From assembly GCA_963719515.1 (NCBI GenBank), contig CAVRCJ010000015.1, positions 32,001 to 96,000 of the forward strand: a stretch of DNA of 64,000 bases, written 5' to 3'. Each line of letters starts with the position of its first letter. Position 1 is the stretch's first letter. Under the pieces are notes generated by a model. The model was not told where the DNA came from and searched no databases. It worked only from the letters and a program-made list of their open reading frames with translations. This document shows positions 1-9,304 of this stretch, piece by piece. The stretch is from an uncultured cyanobacterium (GTDB lineage: Bacteria > Cyanobacteriota > Cyanobacteriia > CAKZMO01). The position numbers and the translations under genes are program-made.

Positions 1-489
1 ATCGCTCAAAACAGCGTCGACCATTGCCCCGAGGATCTAAAGCAGCAGGTTGACGACACCATAGACGCCGTTTATGGGCCCGTCAACAACGGCGTGTATC
101 GGGCCGGATTTGCCACTCAGCAGGGCGCTTACGAAGAAGCGGTCACGGAGCTATTCGACGCCTTAGACCACTGGGAGCAGGTGCTCAGCAAGCAGCGCTA
201 TCTGTGCGGCGATCGCCTCACGGAGGCTGATATTTGCCTGTACACCACGCTGATTCGCTTCGACGTGGTGTACTACGGTCACTTCAAGTGCAACCTGCGG
301 CACATTACCGACTACCCCAACCTGTGGGGCTACCTGCGGGACCTCTATCAGACCCCCGCCTTCAAGCGCACCACTAACTTCGACCACATCAAAACTCACT
401 ACTACACCAGTCACCCCGGCGTGAATCCCCACGGTTTGGTGCCCAAGGGACCGGTGATCGACTTTGACAGCCCCCACGGGCGAGGCTAG
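1..489 (+). CDS. Glutathione S-transferase family protein (omega-like glutathionyl-hydroquinone reductase), 5' end cut by window edge
   Basis: Frame is open from position 1 (IAQNSVDHCPEDLK...PVNNGVYRAGFA). Motifs NNGVYRAGFA, LTEADI, RFDVVYYGHFKCN and HIKTHYYTSH are typical of YqjG/ECM4-type GSTs. Confidence 0.92.
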   Translation: MAQNSVDHCPEDLKQQVDDTIDAVYGPVNNGVYRAGFATQQGAYEEAVTELFDALDHWEQVLSKQRYLCGDRLTEADICLYTTLIRFDVVYYGHFKCNLRHITDYPNLWGYLRDLYQTPAFKRTTNFDHIKTHYYTSHPGVNPHGLVPKGPVIDFDSPHGRG

Positions 490-621
490 GTGTCGTACCA
501 GATATTCGCAGCAGCGCGAGGGCGGCAGACTTCATGCCAGACTCAGCCCGGTCTTAGAATTGTAACTTAGACTGCAGGCAGCCCCAAAGAAGAGGCTGCC
601 GTCGTTCTCAGGAAACACCTC

Positions 622-1145
622 ATGAAATACTCTGCCGCTCTATTAGCGCTAGCGGTCGCCACAGCCTGTAGCGCCCCTGCCCCCGACACAGCTGCCGATT
701 CCACCGCAGACCCGCAGCCCGCTGCTGAATCTACCGAGACCGCCGGTGCCGCCAGCACTAGCAGCCCCACAGACGAGCCCGGTCGATCAGCGGTCCCGTC
801 AAATCCGGCACCTTTGAGGCGGCGGAGCACCCAACCACGGGCACGGCGCAAATCCTGCAGGACGGTGACGAGCGCTACGTCGAATTGGGGGATGATTTTA
901 GTACTGATGCTGGCCCCGATCTGTTTGTCGTGCTGCATCGGTCGGACGACTTCCTCAGCGTCGCTAGCCCGCCGACCTACGGCATTGAGGAGGGAGACTA
1001 CGTTTCGATCGCGCCGCTAGAGCAAATCAGCGGGACTCAGCGCTACGCCATTCCAGCATCGGTGGACGTGGATGAGTACGGTTCAGTAGCCATCTGGTGC
1101 CGCCAGTTCAACGCAACGTTTGGGGCGGCAAATTTGGGCAGTTAG
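622..1145 (+). pseudogene. DM13-domain lipoprotein split by a single-base frameshift near 762-795 (pseudogene or sequencing error)
   Basis: ORF 622 has a signal peptide with lipobox-like Cys (AVATAC) and an A/S/T/P linker. The other frame, open after a stop at 759-761, reads SGTFEAAEHPTTGTAQI...ELGDDFSTDAGPDLFVVL...YGSVAIWCRQFNATFGAA, a DM13 signature. Confidence 0.8.
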
Positions 1146-1264
1146 GGCGATTTACCGCCAATAATGCGGGCCTTGACGCGTCCTTGGTGCGTCACAGTGC
1201 CTCTGGCGATCGCTCAGTAAATTTGCTAAAACCGTCGGTATAATCCAGCCATGGAGTTCCGACT

Positions 1265-2158
1265 GTGAACAACAAATCGTCAAAGCCCGCGGCGCGCACC
1301 AATTCGCACACCAATAAAGCGCCCTCTACAGTCCCGGACCCATCAACTGACGCTGTAGCGGAAGCGCCCGCCGCCCCGCCGCCCGAACTAGCCGATGGCA
1401 CAGGCTCGGCTCCTCTACCGCCTAAATTTAGCTACTCCCGCGACGAAATGCGATCGCTGCGGCGGGTGCTGGAGGAGAAAAACCTGCTGCACCTGTCGTT
1501 TTACTTTCTCGACTACTTGCTCAGAGCCCAGACGGCGCTGTTTGAGCAGATTCACTCTCAAAAAGAGCTGCCGCGCATTGTCTTTTCCATGTCCGTGCTC
1601 AGCGCCATCCTAGCCGGAATCTATGGCGTGGTGATGGGGATGTACAACGGCCCGCTTCAGGCTATAGCGTCGGGGGTGAAGCTCCCTATCCTATTCCTGC
1701 TAACCGCCCTCATTTGCATTCCATCGCTCTATACGTTTAACGTACTGCTAGGGCAAAGCTTCAAGTTTTTGCAGACGGTGACCCTAATGGTGATGACCAT
1801 CGGCACCACCACTATTTTGCTTGCTAGCCTGGCCCCCATTGCCTTTTTCTTTACGCTGACAACCCAAAACTACCAGTTCATCATGCTGCTGCATGTGCTA
1901 ATCTTTGGGCTGTGCGGTATCTATGGCGTCCGCTATCTCTACCGCGGCTGCGCCTACCTCGCGTTCCGGCTCGAGCAGCCCCTCAACACGCTGCTGCTGC
2001 GCATTTGGATTGGCATCTACGCCGTTGTGGGCATGCAGCTTGGCTGGCGGCTGCGCCCCTTCATCGGCGATGATAATTCGCCCTTCCAGCTGCTGCGCGA
2101 GCAGGGGGACGGTAACTTCTACACGGCAGTATGGCGATCTATTCAGAATTTGTTCTGA
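1265..2158 (+). CDS. Conserved multi-pass membrane protein of unknown function
   Basis: 297 aa with about 5 hydrophobic helices. KLPILFLLT..IC.PSLY.FN and Y..VG.QLGW.LRPF.G match a widespread uncharacterised membrane family. Start uncertain. Confidence 0.75.
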   Translation: MNNKSSKPAARTNSHTNKAPSTVPDPSTDAVAEAPAAPPPELADGTGSAPLPPKFSYSRDEMRSLRRVLEEKNLLHLSFYFLDYLLRAQTALFEQIHSQKELPRIVFSMSVLSAILAGIYGVVMGMYNGPLQAIASGVKLPILFLLTALICIPSLYTFNVLLGQSFKFLQTVTLMVMTIGTTTILLASLAPIAFFFTLTTQNYQFIMLLHVLIFGLCGIYGVRYLYRGCAYLAFRLEQPLNTLLLRIWIGIYAVVGMQLGWRLRPFIGDDNSPFQLLREQGDGNFYTAVWRSIQNLF

Positions 2159-2669
2159 CCATTTAGCACTACTGCGACAGGTTCAACGATTAGCCTACGA
2201 TGCTTGCTACAGTCATTGATACGTGCTTTCAGCTGATAATTGAGTCAGGAGACGGCAGTCTCTGCGCAGCGGCGGTGTGGGCGATCGCCAAACTATTTTG
2301 ATACTTCCCTCAATTCAAATCCCCATTGAATTCTTGGGCAAAACGGCTGCAAATAAGGTAGCCTTCCCTACCAAATGGTCATAACGGGCGCACTTTTCAG
2401 CTATTTTACAAAATTTAACGCCGTCTAACGAAATCCTTCAAATGCCATATCCGGCCGTATTTGCAGCTTATCTGACTACGCAAAATATCGCGCTGCCTAA
2501 GCTTTCAAAATAAGCGTCAGCAGCACCTGGCTACCAGCTTACACTAATATCGACGGCGATTACGAGATCTTGCTAAGTTTCTTTCAATTTTTTACACTCG
2601 TGCTAAGTTACTCATGGCGAAGGTGCTAATACCTCAGCCATCGTCGTAGATTTTTCCCGGAACCCAATA

Positions 2670-4436
2670 ATGACAAAGACTACCTCGGCGGTTAAGGCTT
2701 TTATCGACACCTACGATAACGAGCCTTTAGCCCACCAGGATTTAGATCACGCCGTTGAAGCCATTTGTTGCAGTACCCCTTTTAGAACAGTGCTGCTTTC
2801 GCTGATCGATAACGACGCGTTTTCTAGCAATCTTGGGACGGAATTTGCTTCAGCAGAAGCGGTGGATGGTTTGTCGGCCTGTCGCCGGCTGCGGAGCTGT
2901 CTCAATTTCCCGTTGAGTACTTTTTTTGGTCTGTTCACTCAGCTCATTGCTGCTTTTGATAAGGCTGCAGGTGATGAGTGGTCTACATTCTCCGATAGGA
3001 TTTATTGTTCAAATTTGCGAGAAGATAAGCTGCTGGAGCGCCTTCTGCGCACCCCAGACGGCGAATTTTATCGGGCGTTTGCGGCTCGCCTCGTTGAGGA
3101 AAATCCCCACGCGGTTTACCCCACGTCGAGCTATCGCGAAAGCCAGGGCTACGTGGTCAGTACGGCAGGCGATCAGACCATTGAAGCGGTGGTTAGCGCC
3201 CAAACTTTCGCCTCCATCAAGCTCGTCGATCACTCCCTCGACCCAGAACAGCTGCTGCTGCGCAACATGTATATTCCGCTGGGGCGCTGCGTCTGCCTCG
3301 TTGACCAAAATGTCGAGCGCTACTACGGTGAGCAGCTTGAGCATTACTTCGACCACCACGGCATTGAGCTCGAAAAGATTGTCTACCGGGCCATGGAAGT
3401 CGACAAAGGCATCCATACCGTTGAGCGAATGCTGGGGGACTTTAAGCGGCTGGGCGTTTCTCGCAATGAGCCCGTACTCATCGTCGGCGGGGGCGTCCTG
3501 GCTGATACTGCCGGGCTGGCCTGCGCCCTGTATCACCGCAACACGCCCTACGTCATGCTCTCCACCTCCATCGTGGCGGGCATTGATGCTGGACCATCGC
3601 CGAGAACCTGCTGTGATGGCTTCGGCTACAAGAACCTGTTCGGGGCCTACCATCCGCCCGTTTTGTCCATCACCGATCGCTTTTTCTTCAAAACCCTGCG
3701 GGAAGGCTGGCTGCGCCACGGCATCATTGAGATCGTCAAGATGGCGGTGGTCAAAGACGCCGAGCTGTTTCGCAATTTAGAAGAAGCGGGGCCAGCGCTG
3801 ATTACCACCCGCTTTGGCACTACGGATTGCGAGGCCGACAGCGCCATCAGCGATCTGTCCCAGCGAATTTTGGGCGGCGCGCTGCGCAGCTACGTGGCGG
3901 CAGAGTACGGCAACCTCTACGAAACCCACCAATGCCGTCCCCACGCCTACGGCCACACCTGGTCCCCCGGGTTCGAAATTGAGGCCGGGCTGCTACATGG
4001 CCACGCGGTCTCCATCGGCATGGGCTTTGGCGCTTACCTCAGCTACCGCATGGGCTGGATTAGCAACGGCGAGTTCCGGCGGATTATGGATCTGATCAGC
4101 TCGTTTGGGCTGAGCCTCTGGCACGACATCATGCTGCGCAAAGAAACGCTGTGGTCTTCTCAGGAGAAGATCTTCCAAAAGCGAGGTCGTAACCTAGCAG
4201 TGCCGCTGCCCAAAGGCGAGATTGGTGAATGCGGCTACCTCAATGCGCTGTCACAAGAGGAGCTATACACCGCGATTGATGAATACCAGCGGGTTTGCGA
4301 AGACTACCCTCGGGGCGGGTTGGGCATCGACGCCCACTGCAGCGATGTGGGTCTAGAAGATCCGTCAACGGTGGCCCATATTCCACTGGAATCGTCTCTT
4401 TACCACGACGAGCCCGCGGCGCTGACAGGGGTGTAG
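2670..4436 (+). CDS. mysA: Sedoheptulose-7-phosphate cyclase, DDGS (MysA) type, with long N-terminal extension
   Basis: Sugar-phosphate cyclase motifs VGGGVLADTAG, AGIDAG, KNLFGAYHPP, EIVKMA and LLHGHAV. AYGHTWSP is DDGS-like, not DHQS-like (NFGHTxGH) or EEVS-like (DFGHTFSP). About 150 extra N-terminal residues. Confidence 0.85.
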   Translation: MTKTTSAVKAFIDTYDNEPLAHQDLDHAVEAICCSTPFRTVLLSLIDNDAFSSNLGTEFASAEAVDGLSACRRLRSCLNFPLSTFFGLFTQLIAAFDKAAGDEWSTFSDRIYCSNLREDKLLERLLRTPDGEFYRAFAARLVEENPHAVYPTSSYRESQGYVVSTAGDQTIEAVVSAQTFASIKLVDHSLDPEQLLLRNMYIPLGRCVCLVDQNVERYYGEQLEHYFDHHGIELEKIVYRAMEVDKGIHTVERMLGDFKRLGVSRNEPVLIVGGGVLADTAGLACALYHRNTPYVMLSTSIVAGIDAGPSPRTCCDGFGYKNLFGAYHPPVLSITDRFFFKTLREGWLRHGIIEIVKMAVVKDAELFRNLEEAGPALITTRFGTTDCEADSAISDLSQRILGGALRSYVAAEYGNLYETHQCRPHAYGHTWSPGFEIEAGLLHGHAVSIGMGFGAYLSYRMGWISNGEFRRIMDLISSFGLSLWHDIMLRKETLWSSQEKIFQKRGRNLAVPLPKGEIGECGYLNALSQEELYTAIDEYQRVCEDYPRGGLGIDAHCSDVGLEDPSTVAHIPLESSLYHDEPAALTGV

Positions 4437-5474
4437 ATGACAGGCAACATGGCAGAACCCTTTGACGTTGTCATCCCGCTTTATCGCCTGCGCTGGAATA
4501 CGCGGGCGGTGATGGAGGGACTCACGGCCCACTATGCCCCACGAGCGATTCACGTTGTGACCCCAGAGTCTCAGGTGCGATCGCTCCGAGAGCAGGCCAA
4601 AACCTGGCAAGTGTCGCCGCTCTTTGTCCATCCGGAGGAGCCGTTCTTCAAAAAAGAATGCGGCCTGTCTAAAGATGCCATTTGCGCCGAGCTAGAGCTG
4701 GGGGAATCACTGTATACCCCCGGCTGGTTTTACCAGCAGCTTTTAAAGCTCGGTGCGCCTGAGGGTATCGACACCCTCAGCGAATGGTACGTGGTTTGGG
4801 ACAGCGACCTGCTTCCCGTAGACACCTGGCCGCTGATTCGCCAGAGGCCAGATTCTCAGGGCCAAGATGATACGGAGCATGCGTTTGCGCTCCTGCAGAA
4901 TAATCAGTATGGGAACGCGCAGATCGTCGGCACCTGGGCGCGGTGGATTCGCTCGGTGCTGGGGGTAGAGCCGCTCACGGACGGAGAAGGCACCTTTATT
5001 CCCCACCATATGTGGTTTAAGCGATCGCACCTTGACTCCTTCAAGCGCCAGGTCGGCCAGTACTTTCACTCTGAAGAGAGCTGGCTGCGACTGATGATGC
5101 GATCGGCCAACGAGTTTGGCACCTTTAGCGAGTATTGGGCCTATGTGTCCTGGGTGGCGGCCAAAGCCCCAGGCGATCTGGCCTTTTATCCCTACAGCGA
5201 GTACGGCGAAACCACTGAGCGCTTTTTTGATGACGGCACAGGGCTATTTTCTGCTGCCTTGCGCAAAGATCTCCTGCCAGCGTCGCCGGCTGACAGCCCC
5301 GCCTACGAGGCGGTCGATGCCTTTATTCGCGCTCAGTATGGGGAGAATAGACCTTCGTCATTGTCTTTTGAGAGCAGCCCTCGGCACCTTAAAAAAGATA
5401 CGACGAATATGCATATTGAGGAAAGCCGATCTCGCTGGAATCCCCGCATGGCAGATACGACTTTGAGCGAGTAA
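4437..5474 (+). CDS. DUF6492-like putative nucleotide-sugar transferase (GT-A-like fold)
   Basis: Begins directly after the cyclase stop (TAG-ATG). Motifs FDVVIP, GWFYQQLLKL, YVVWDSD (DxD), FIPHHMWF and FSEY. An alternative start at MAEP is possible. Confidence 0.65.
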   Translation: MTGNMAEPFDVVIPLYRLRWNTRAVMEGLTAHYAPRAIHVVTPESQVRSLREQAKTWQVSPLFVHPEEPFFKKECGLSKDAICAELELGESLYTPGWFYQQLLKLGAPEGIDTLSEWYVVWDSDLLPVDTWPLIRQRPDSQGQDDTEHAFALLQNNQYGNAQIVGTWARWIRSVLGVEPLTDGEGTFIPHHMWFKRSHLDSFKRQVGQYFHSEESWLRLMMRSANEFGTFSEYWAYVSWVAAKAPGDLAFYPYSEYGETTERFFDDGTGLFSAALRKDLLPASPADSPAYEAVDAFIRAQYGENRPSSLSFESSPRHLKKDTTNMHIEESRSRWNPRMADTTLSE

Positions 5475-5575
5475 GGCCCTCAAAGCAGCGGCTGGAGTTG
5501 AGGGTAGGTTTGGTTTAAGCTGAACCCAGTCGAGCAGGTAAATCTCGACGCTGGACATCGATTGAGAGCAAGCCT

Positions 5576-6490
5576 ATGCCCTTCCGTCAAATTAGACAGT
5601 CCATTACCTCTGCCGCACAGGAGAGAGCTTATGAGGAAGTCATCAAAAGCCGCATTGCTCAAATTCCTATTATTCAAGAGATTGACCGTCTCAGAGCCAG
5701 CGATCGCTACCGAGACCCAAAAAGTTTAGTCCCCTTCGGAGATAAGGTCTATTCTCAAAGTGACGAAGACGGCATCATCCGAGAGATTTTCAACCGGATT
5801 GGCACAACCAACAAAATGTTTGTGGAGTTCGGTATTGGAGACGGCCTAGAGAACAATACCTTGGCCCTCCTGTTTGAAGAGTGGCAAGGGCTGTGGATCG
5901 ACGCTTCTAGCCGCTCGATCAACGCGATACAGGAGCATTTTGCTGAAGTTATCGCTGACGAACAGCTCAAAATCGTTCAGTCATTTATTACTAAAGAAAA
6001 CATCAATACGCTGATTTCGAGCCGCATCCAGGCTGATGAAATAGACCTGCTGTCGGTGGATATTGACGGCAATGACTACCACGTGCTAGACGCCATTGAC
6101 TGCGTCAGCCCCAGGGTAATTGTGGTGGAATATAATGCTAAGTTCACTCCCCCCATCTTGTACTGCATGGACTACGACGAAAGCCACTCCTGGCAAAAAG
6201 ACGATTGCTTTGGGGCATCTTTAAAGTTTTTCGAGGTGCATCTTGAGCGAAAAGGGTATTGCCTTGTGGGCTGTAACCTTTCTGGGGCAAACGCATTTTT
6301 TGTCAGACGTGACCTCGCGGGCGACCGGTTTCTAGCACCTTTCACCGCTGAGCACCATTACGAACCCCCCAGGTACTACCTCTCGGGCTATTTTGCAGGT
6401 CACCCTGCTGCCTACCAAACCTTGGCAAAGTCTCTGACGATGAGGCGCAGCCACGTCTCCCCGCAGGGCAGCAGCATGCTTATCTCTTAG
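5576..6490 (+). CDS. FkbM-like SAM-dependent methyltransferase-fold protein
   Basis: VYSQSDEDGII, FVEFGIGDGLENNT, IDLLSVDIDGNDY and PRVIVVEYN match a widespread FkbM-related family. Confidence 0.65.
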   Translation: MPFRQIRQSITSAAQERAYEEVIKSRIAQIPIIQEIDRLRASDRYRDPKSLVPFGDKVYSQSDEDGIIREIFNRIGTTNKMFVEFGIGDGLENNTLALLFEEWQGLWIDASSRSINAIQEHFAEVIADEQLKIVQSFITKENINTLISSRIQADEIDLLSVDIDGNDYHVLDAIDCVSPRVIVVEYNAKFTPPILYCMDYDESHSWQKDDCFGASLKFFEVHLERKGYCLVGCNLSGANAFFVRRDLAGDRFLAPFTAEHHYEPPRYYLSGYFAGHPAAYQTLAKSLTMRRSHVSPQGSSMLIS

Positions 6491-6509
6491 CCTTGATCTT
6501 TTGGCGGCC

Positions 6510-7133
6510 TTACCCCAGCTCTAGCAACCCCACAGGCGGCGTAATTTCGATGCGGCGCTGAGCCAGGTCCACAACCGGTACGATGGGCTCAACAAAGGGA
6601 ATGAACACGGTGCGAGGCTTACCCGAAGCGTCCGGGGGCGGACAGGCCACCTCTAGCAGGTCGTTTCCCGCCTCTCGAATATCCACTACGGTGCCCACTA
6701 GCTGCCCTGTTGCCTGGTGATACACCGCCAACCCCAATAGATCGCAAACGTGATACTCCCCCGCTTCTAGGGGAGGGCGATCGCCTTTGGGCACAAGCAG
6801 CCGAGCATTACGCAAAGCTTCGGCCTCGTCACGGCTCGCGACGTCTGCTAGGCAAATCACATAGAGGCCTTTGTTGGGGATGAAACGACCCGACAACAGC
6901 TCAACAGCCGTCGGCGGATTCAGGGGCACTGCTCCGGAACCGGCTTTCGGCCCCTGCTGTAGCCACCGGGTTCCGGGAACAACGAAGCGTTCTGGGAAAT
7001 CACTGCTGGGGTAAACTCGCAGCTCTCCCTGTAGACCCTGGGGGCCAACCACGCGGCCAATTTCTAGCCAGTCGCTGTTTGAATCCTGGGGAGGCTCTGA
7101 AGCAGAATTAAGGGGAGCTGTGGAGGTCATCAC
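6510..7133 (-). CDS. rimM: 16S rRNA processing protein RimM
   Basis: [34 protein letters not shown] and [13 protein letters not shown] motifs. Confidence 0.95.
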   Translation of the reverse strand: MMTSTAPLNSASEPPQDSNSDWLEIGRVVGPQGLQGELRVYPSSDFPERFVVPGTRWLQQGPKAGSGAVPLNPPTAVELLSGRFIPNKGLYVICLADVASRDEAEALRNARLLVPKGDRPPLEAGEYHVCDLLGLAVYHQATGQLVGTVVDIREAGNDLLEVACPPPDASGKPRTVFIPFVEPIVPVVDLAQRRIEITPPVGLLELG

Positions 7134-7235
7134 GAATTGAACTGAGGTAAGCGGTCCGCTGCTGGTCTAACACGAGAAAATGGTTGACATCTTCGCTTAA
7201 GCTTAGGCTAGCAGCTCAGCGGTATTGAGCAGGCA

Positions 7236-7727
7236 CTAGAACCGTAGCGGAAACGGGGAAACGGGAGGATAGACGTTGAGGGTTAGCCAGTAGCGCTTGC
7301 TGGCTTCTACCATCCGGGCTAGCGACGCGTAGTCTTTCGGCTTGACCATGTAGGAGTTCGCGCCTAGAGCATAGGCCTGCTTGATGTCGTCGTTGCGGTC
7401 TGATGAGGTCAGTACGATAACCGGAATGCGATTGATCTGGGGCTGCTCTCGAAGCCACTTCAGTACGCTGAGGCCGCTGCGGGTAGGCAGCATCAGATCT
7501 AAAAAAATTAGAATTGGCAGGGGATACTGAGCGCGATCGCTGTATTGCCCCGCGCCTGTCAGATAGTCGATCACCTCGTCTCCAGTTGGTATGACGCACA
7601 GGGGATTGTGGAGATCTGCGTTCCTAAACGCGCGCTCGAGGAGCACAGCATCATACTGATTGTCTTCAACCACCATGATGCTGTGGTGAGCCAAACGCCT
7701 TTCATCTGCCGTAGCATTCCTTACCAT
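7236..7727 (-). CDS. Single-domain response regulator (Rcp1/CheY-like)
   Basis: Receiver motifs VVEDN..D, IFLDLMLP, VLTSS and GANSYMVKP. Confidence 0.9.
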   Translation of the reverse strand: MVRNATADERRLAHHSIMVVEDNQYDAVLLERAFRNADLHNPLCVIPTGDEVIDYLTGAGQYSDRAQYPLPILIFLDLMLPTRSGLSVLKWLREQPQINRIPVIVLTSSDRNDDIKQAYALGANSYMVKPKDYASLARMVEASKRYWLTLNVYPPVSPFPLRF

Positions 7728-8066
7728 GACAACCTAAAATCGCTCCAGTCATAGCGCAGCAGCTGAACAAGCATACGGCGGCTTTGTCAGAAGATTGAGT
7801 CTACTCTTATCAGTCATCCCTCGTCATACTCCCGCATACCGATAAATGTGCGGTTATGACTACAAGTGTACGGTATGACTAAGCAGGCGACCAAATCAAC
7901 GCTGGCGGAAATTGGCCCTGAATATAGATCTTTAAGGCAACAGGACCCTCAACCCAATATTCCGGGGTATTGCTGCAGATTCTATGGTAGCGTCACAGCT
8001 AAGCGGCTCTCCAGCAAAGCATGCTTGGCTGACGGCTGCCGACTCACTACGCTGTGGCGCTACTAT

Positions 8067-8108
8067 AGAAGGCAATAAACAGAAGGCAATAAACAGAAGG
8101 CAATAAAC
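8067..8108. repeat. 3 x 14 bp perfect tandem repeat AGAAGGCAATAAAC
   Basis: Units at 8067-8080, 8081-8094 and 8095-8108, in the divergent intergenic region. Confidence 0.9.
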
Positions 8109-8237
8109 AAAAACCGCCTTCGGAAGCAGATCTGTCTCCTCAGGGAAAGCTCCGCTTCTTTGGCCACAGACAAGGCTTATTTGGGCTAAGCGCAGGTGCA
8201 TCTCGCGATAGACTTCTGAGCACTTTGGGGAACCCAC

Positions 8238-9164
8238 ATGCTGAACAATCAAGCGCTGCTGGATTTTGATAGTACAGCGCATGAAATGCTGGCACTTTTG
8301 CGAAATCGCTTAGCGTTCGACCTGTGGGCCATAACCCGCGTGGAAGAAGCCGATTGGATTATTCTATACGCCAACGACAATGGATATGGCGTCCGCGACG
8401 GTGATGCGTTTCAGTGGATGGACTCGTTCTGCTATCGCATGGTGACTCAAGCCGCCCCTAGAGTTGTCCCTGATTGCCATATAGAGCTGGCCTATGCCGA
8501 CGCCCCTATTGGCCGTCAGCTCACCATTGGAGCCTACATCGGCATCCCGCTGAGATATAGAGACGGTCGCCTGTTTGGCACGTTGTGCGCGATTCACCCC
8601 GAGCCGCTGCCGACGACGATCGTTGACGAGCTGCCCTTGCTTGAGGTTCTAGTGAAGATGCTGGAATTGGTGCTCGGGACCTGCCTTGACATGGCGAACC
8701 AGGCTCGTCACCTAGATCACGCCGGAGCAGCATCCCTAAGGGACGACCTCACCGGCCTTTACAGCCGCCGAGCCTGGGACCTGCTTTTGGCGGGTGAAGA
8801 GAAGCGTTGCCGACTCTATGGGCATTCGGCCTGCGTGATTTCAATTCATCTCAATGACTGGGGCCATGCTGACGGCGATCGCGATTTGGCTCAAAGAGAA
8901 AAATTCCTCGTAAAGCTGTCCGAAATTATTCAGTCGACGGCCCGCAAACAGGACGTTGTTGCCCGAGTCGAGAAGGATAAGTTCGCGATTTTGGCGGTCG
9001 AGAGCACCCTTGCTGAGGGCAACATTTTTCTAGAGCGCCTAGAGCTCTATTTGAGGCTGGCGCAGATCGATGCTTCAATCGCTATTGCCGTTCGCGAGCC
9101 TCGTCAATACCGACTTTCTGAGGTTTGGCACCAGGCTGAAAGGACTGCGGGTGCAGTGCCTTAA
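8238..9164 (+). CDS. GAF + degenerate GGDEF domain protein
   Basis: GAF motif AYIGIPL...GRLFGTLCA, then DDLTGLYSRR. The signature position reads RVEKDKFAIL instead of RxGGDEF. Confidence 0.85.
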   Translation: MLNNQALLDFDSTAHEMLALLRNRLAFDLWAITRVEEADWIILYANDNGYGVRDGDAFQWMDSFCYRMVTQAAPRVVPDCHIELAYADAPIGRQLTIGAYIGIPLRYRDGRLFGTLCAIHPEPLPTTIVDELPLLEVLVKMLELVLGTCLDMANQARHLDHAGAASLRDDLTGLYSRRAWDLLLAGEEKRCRLYGHSACVISIHLNDWGHADGDRDLAQREKFLVKLSEIIQSTARKQDVVARVEKDKFAILAVESTLAEGNIFLERLELYLRLAQIDASIAIAVREPRQYRLSEVWHQAERTAGAVP

Positions 9165-9304
9165 CCCCGTTTTGACCCATCCCAGTTCACCATTCTGGCG
9201 ACTGGCCTGCCCCAGTGGGCACTTTATAAATGAACTCTGTACAATAGTCATAGCTTGCGATCGCAAAGCGTAATCGTAAGCGTCCACCCTGTGTCTCCAC
9301 GGCA

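Noticed and set aside
1245..1275. Fluoride riboswitch-like ATGGAGTTC
   Set aside because: The pairing stem and downstream pseudoknot partner are missing, and the downstream gene is not a fluoride exporter.
2670..4436. Housekeeping 3-dehydroquinate synthase (aroB)
   Set aside because: It lacks the DHQS-type GGKT and LNFGHTxGHA motifs and has AYGHTWSP plus a long extension, pointing to a DDGS-type cyclase.
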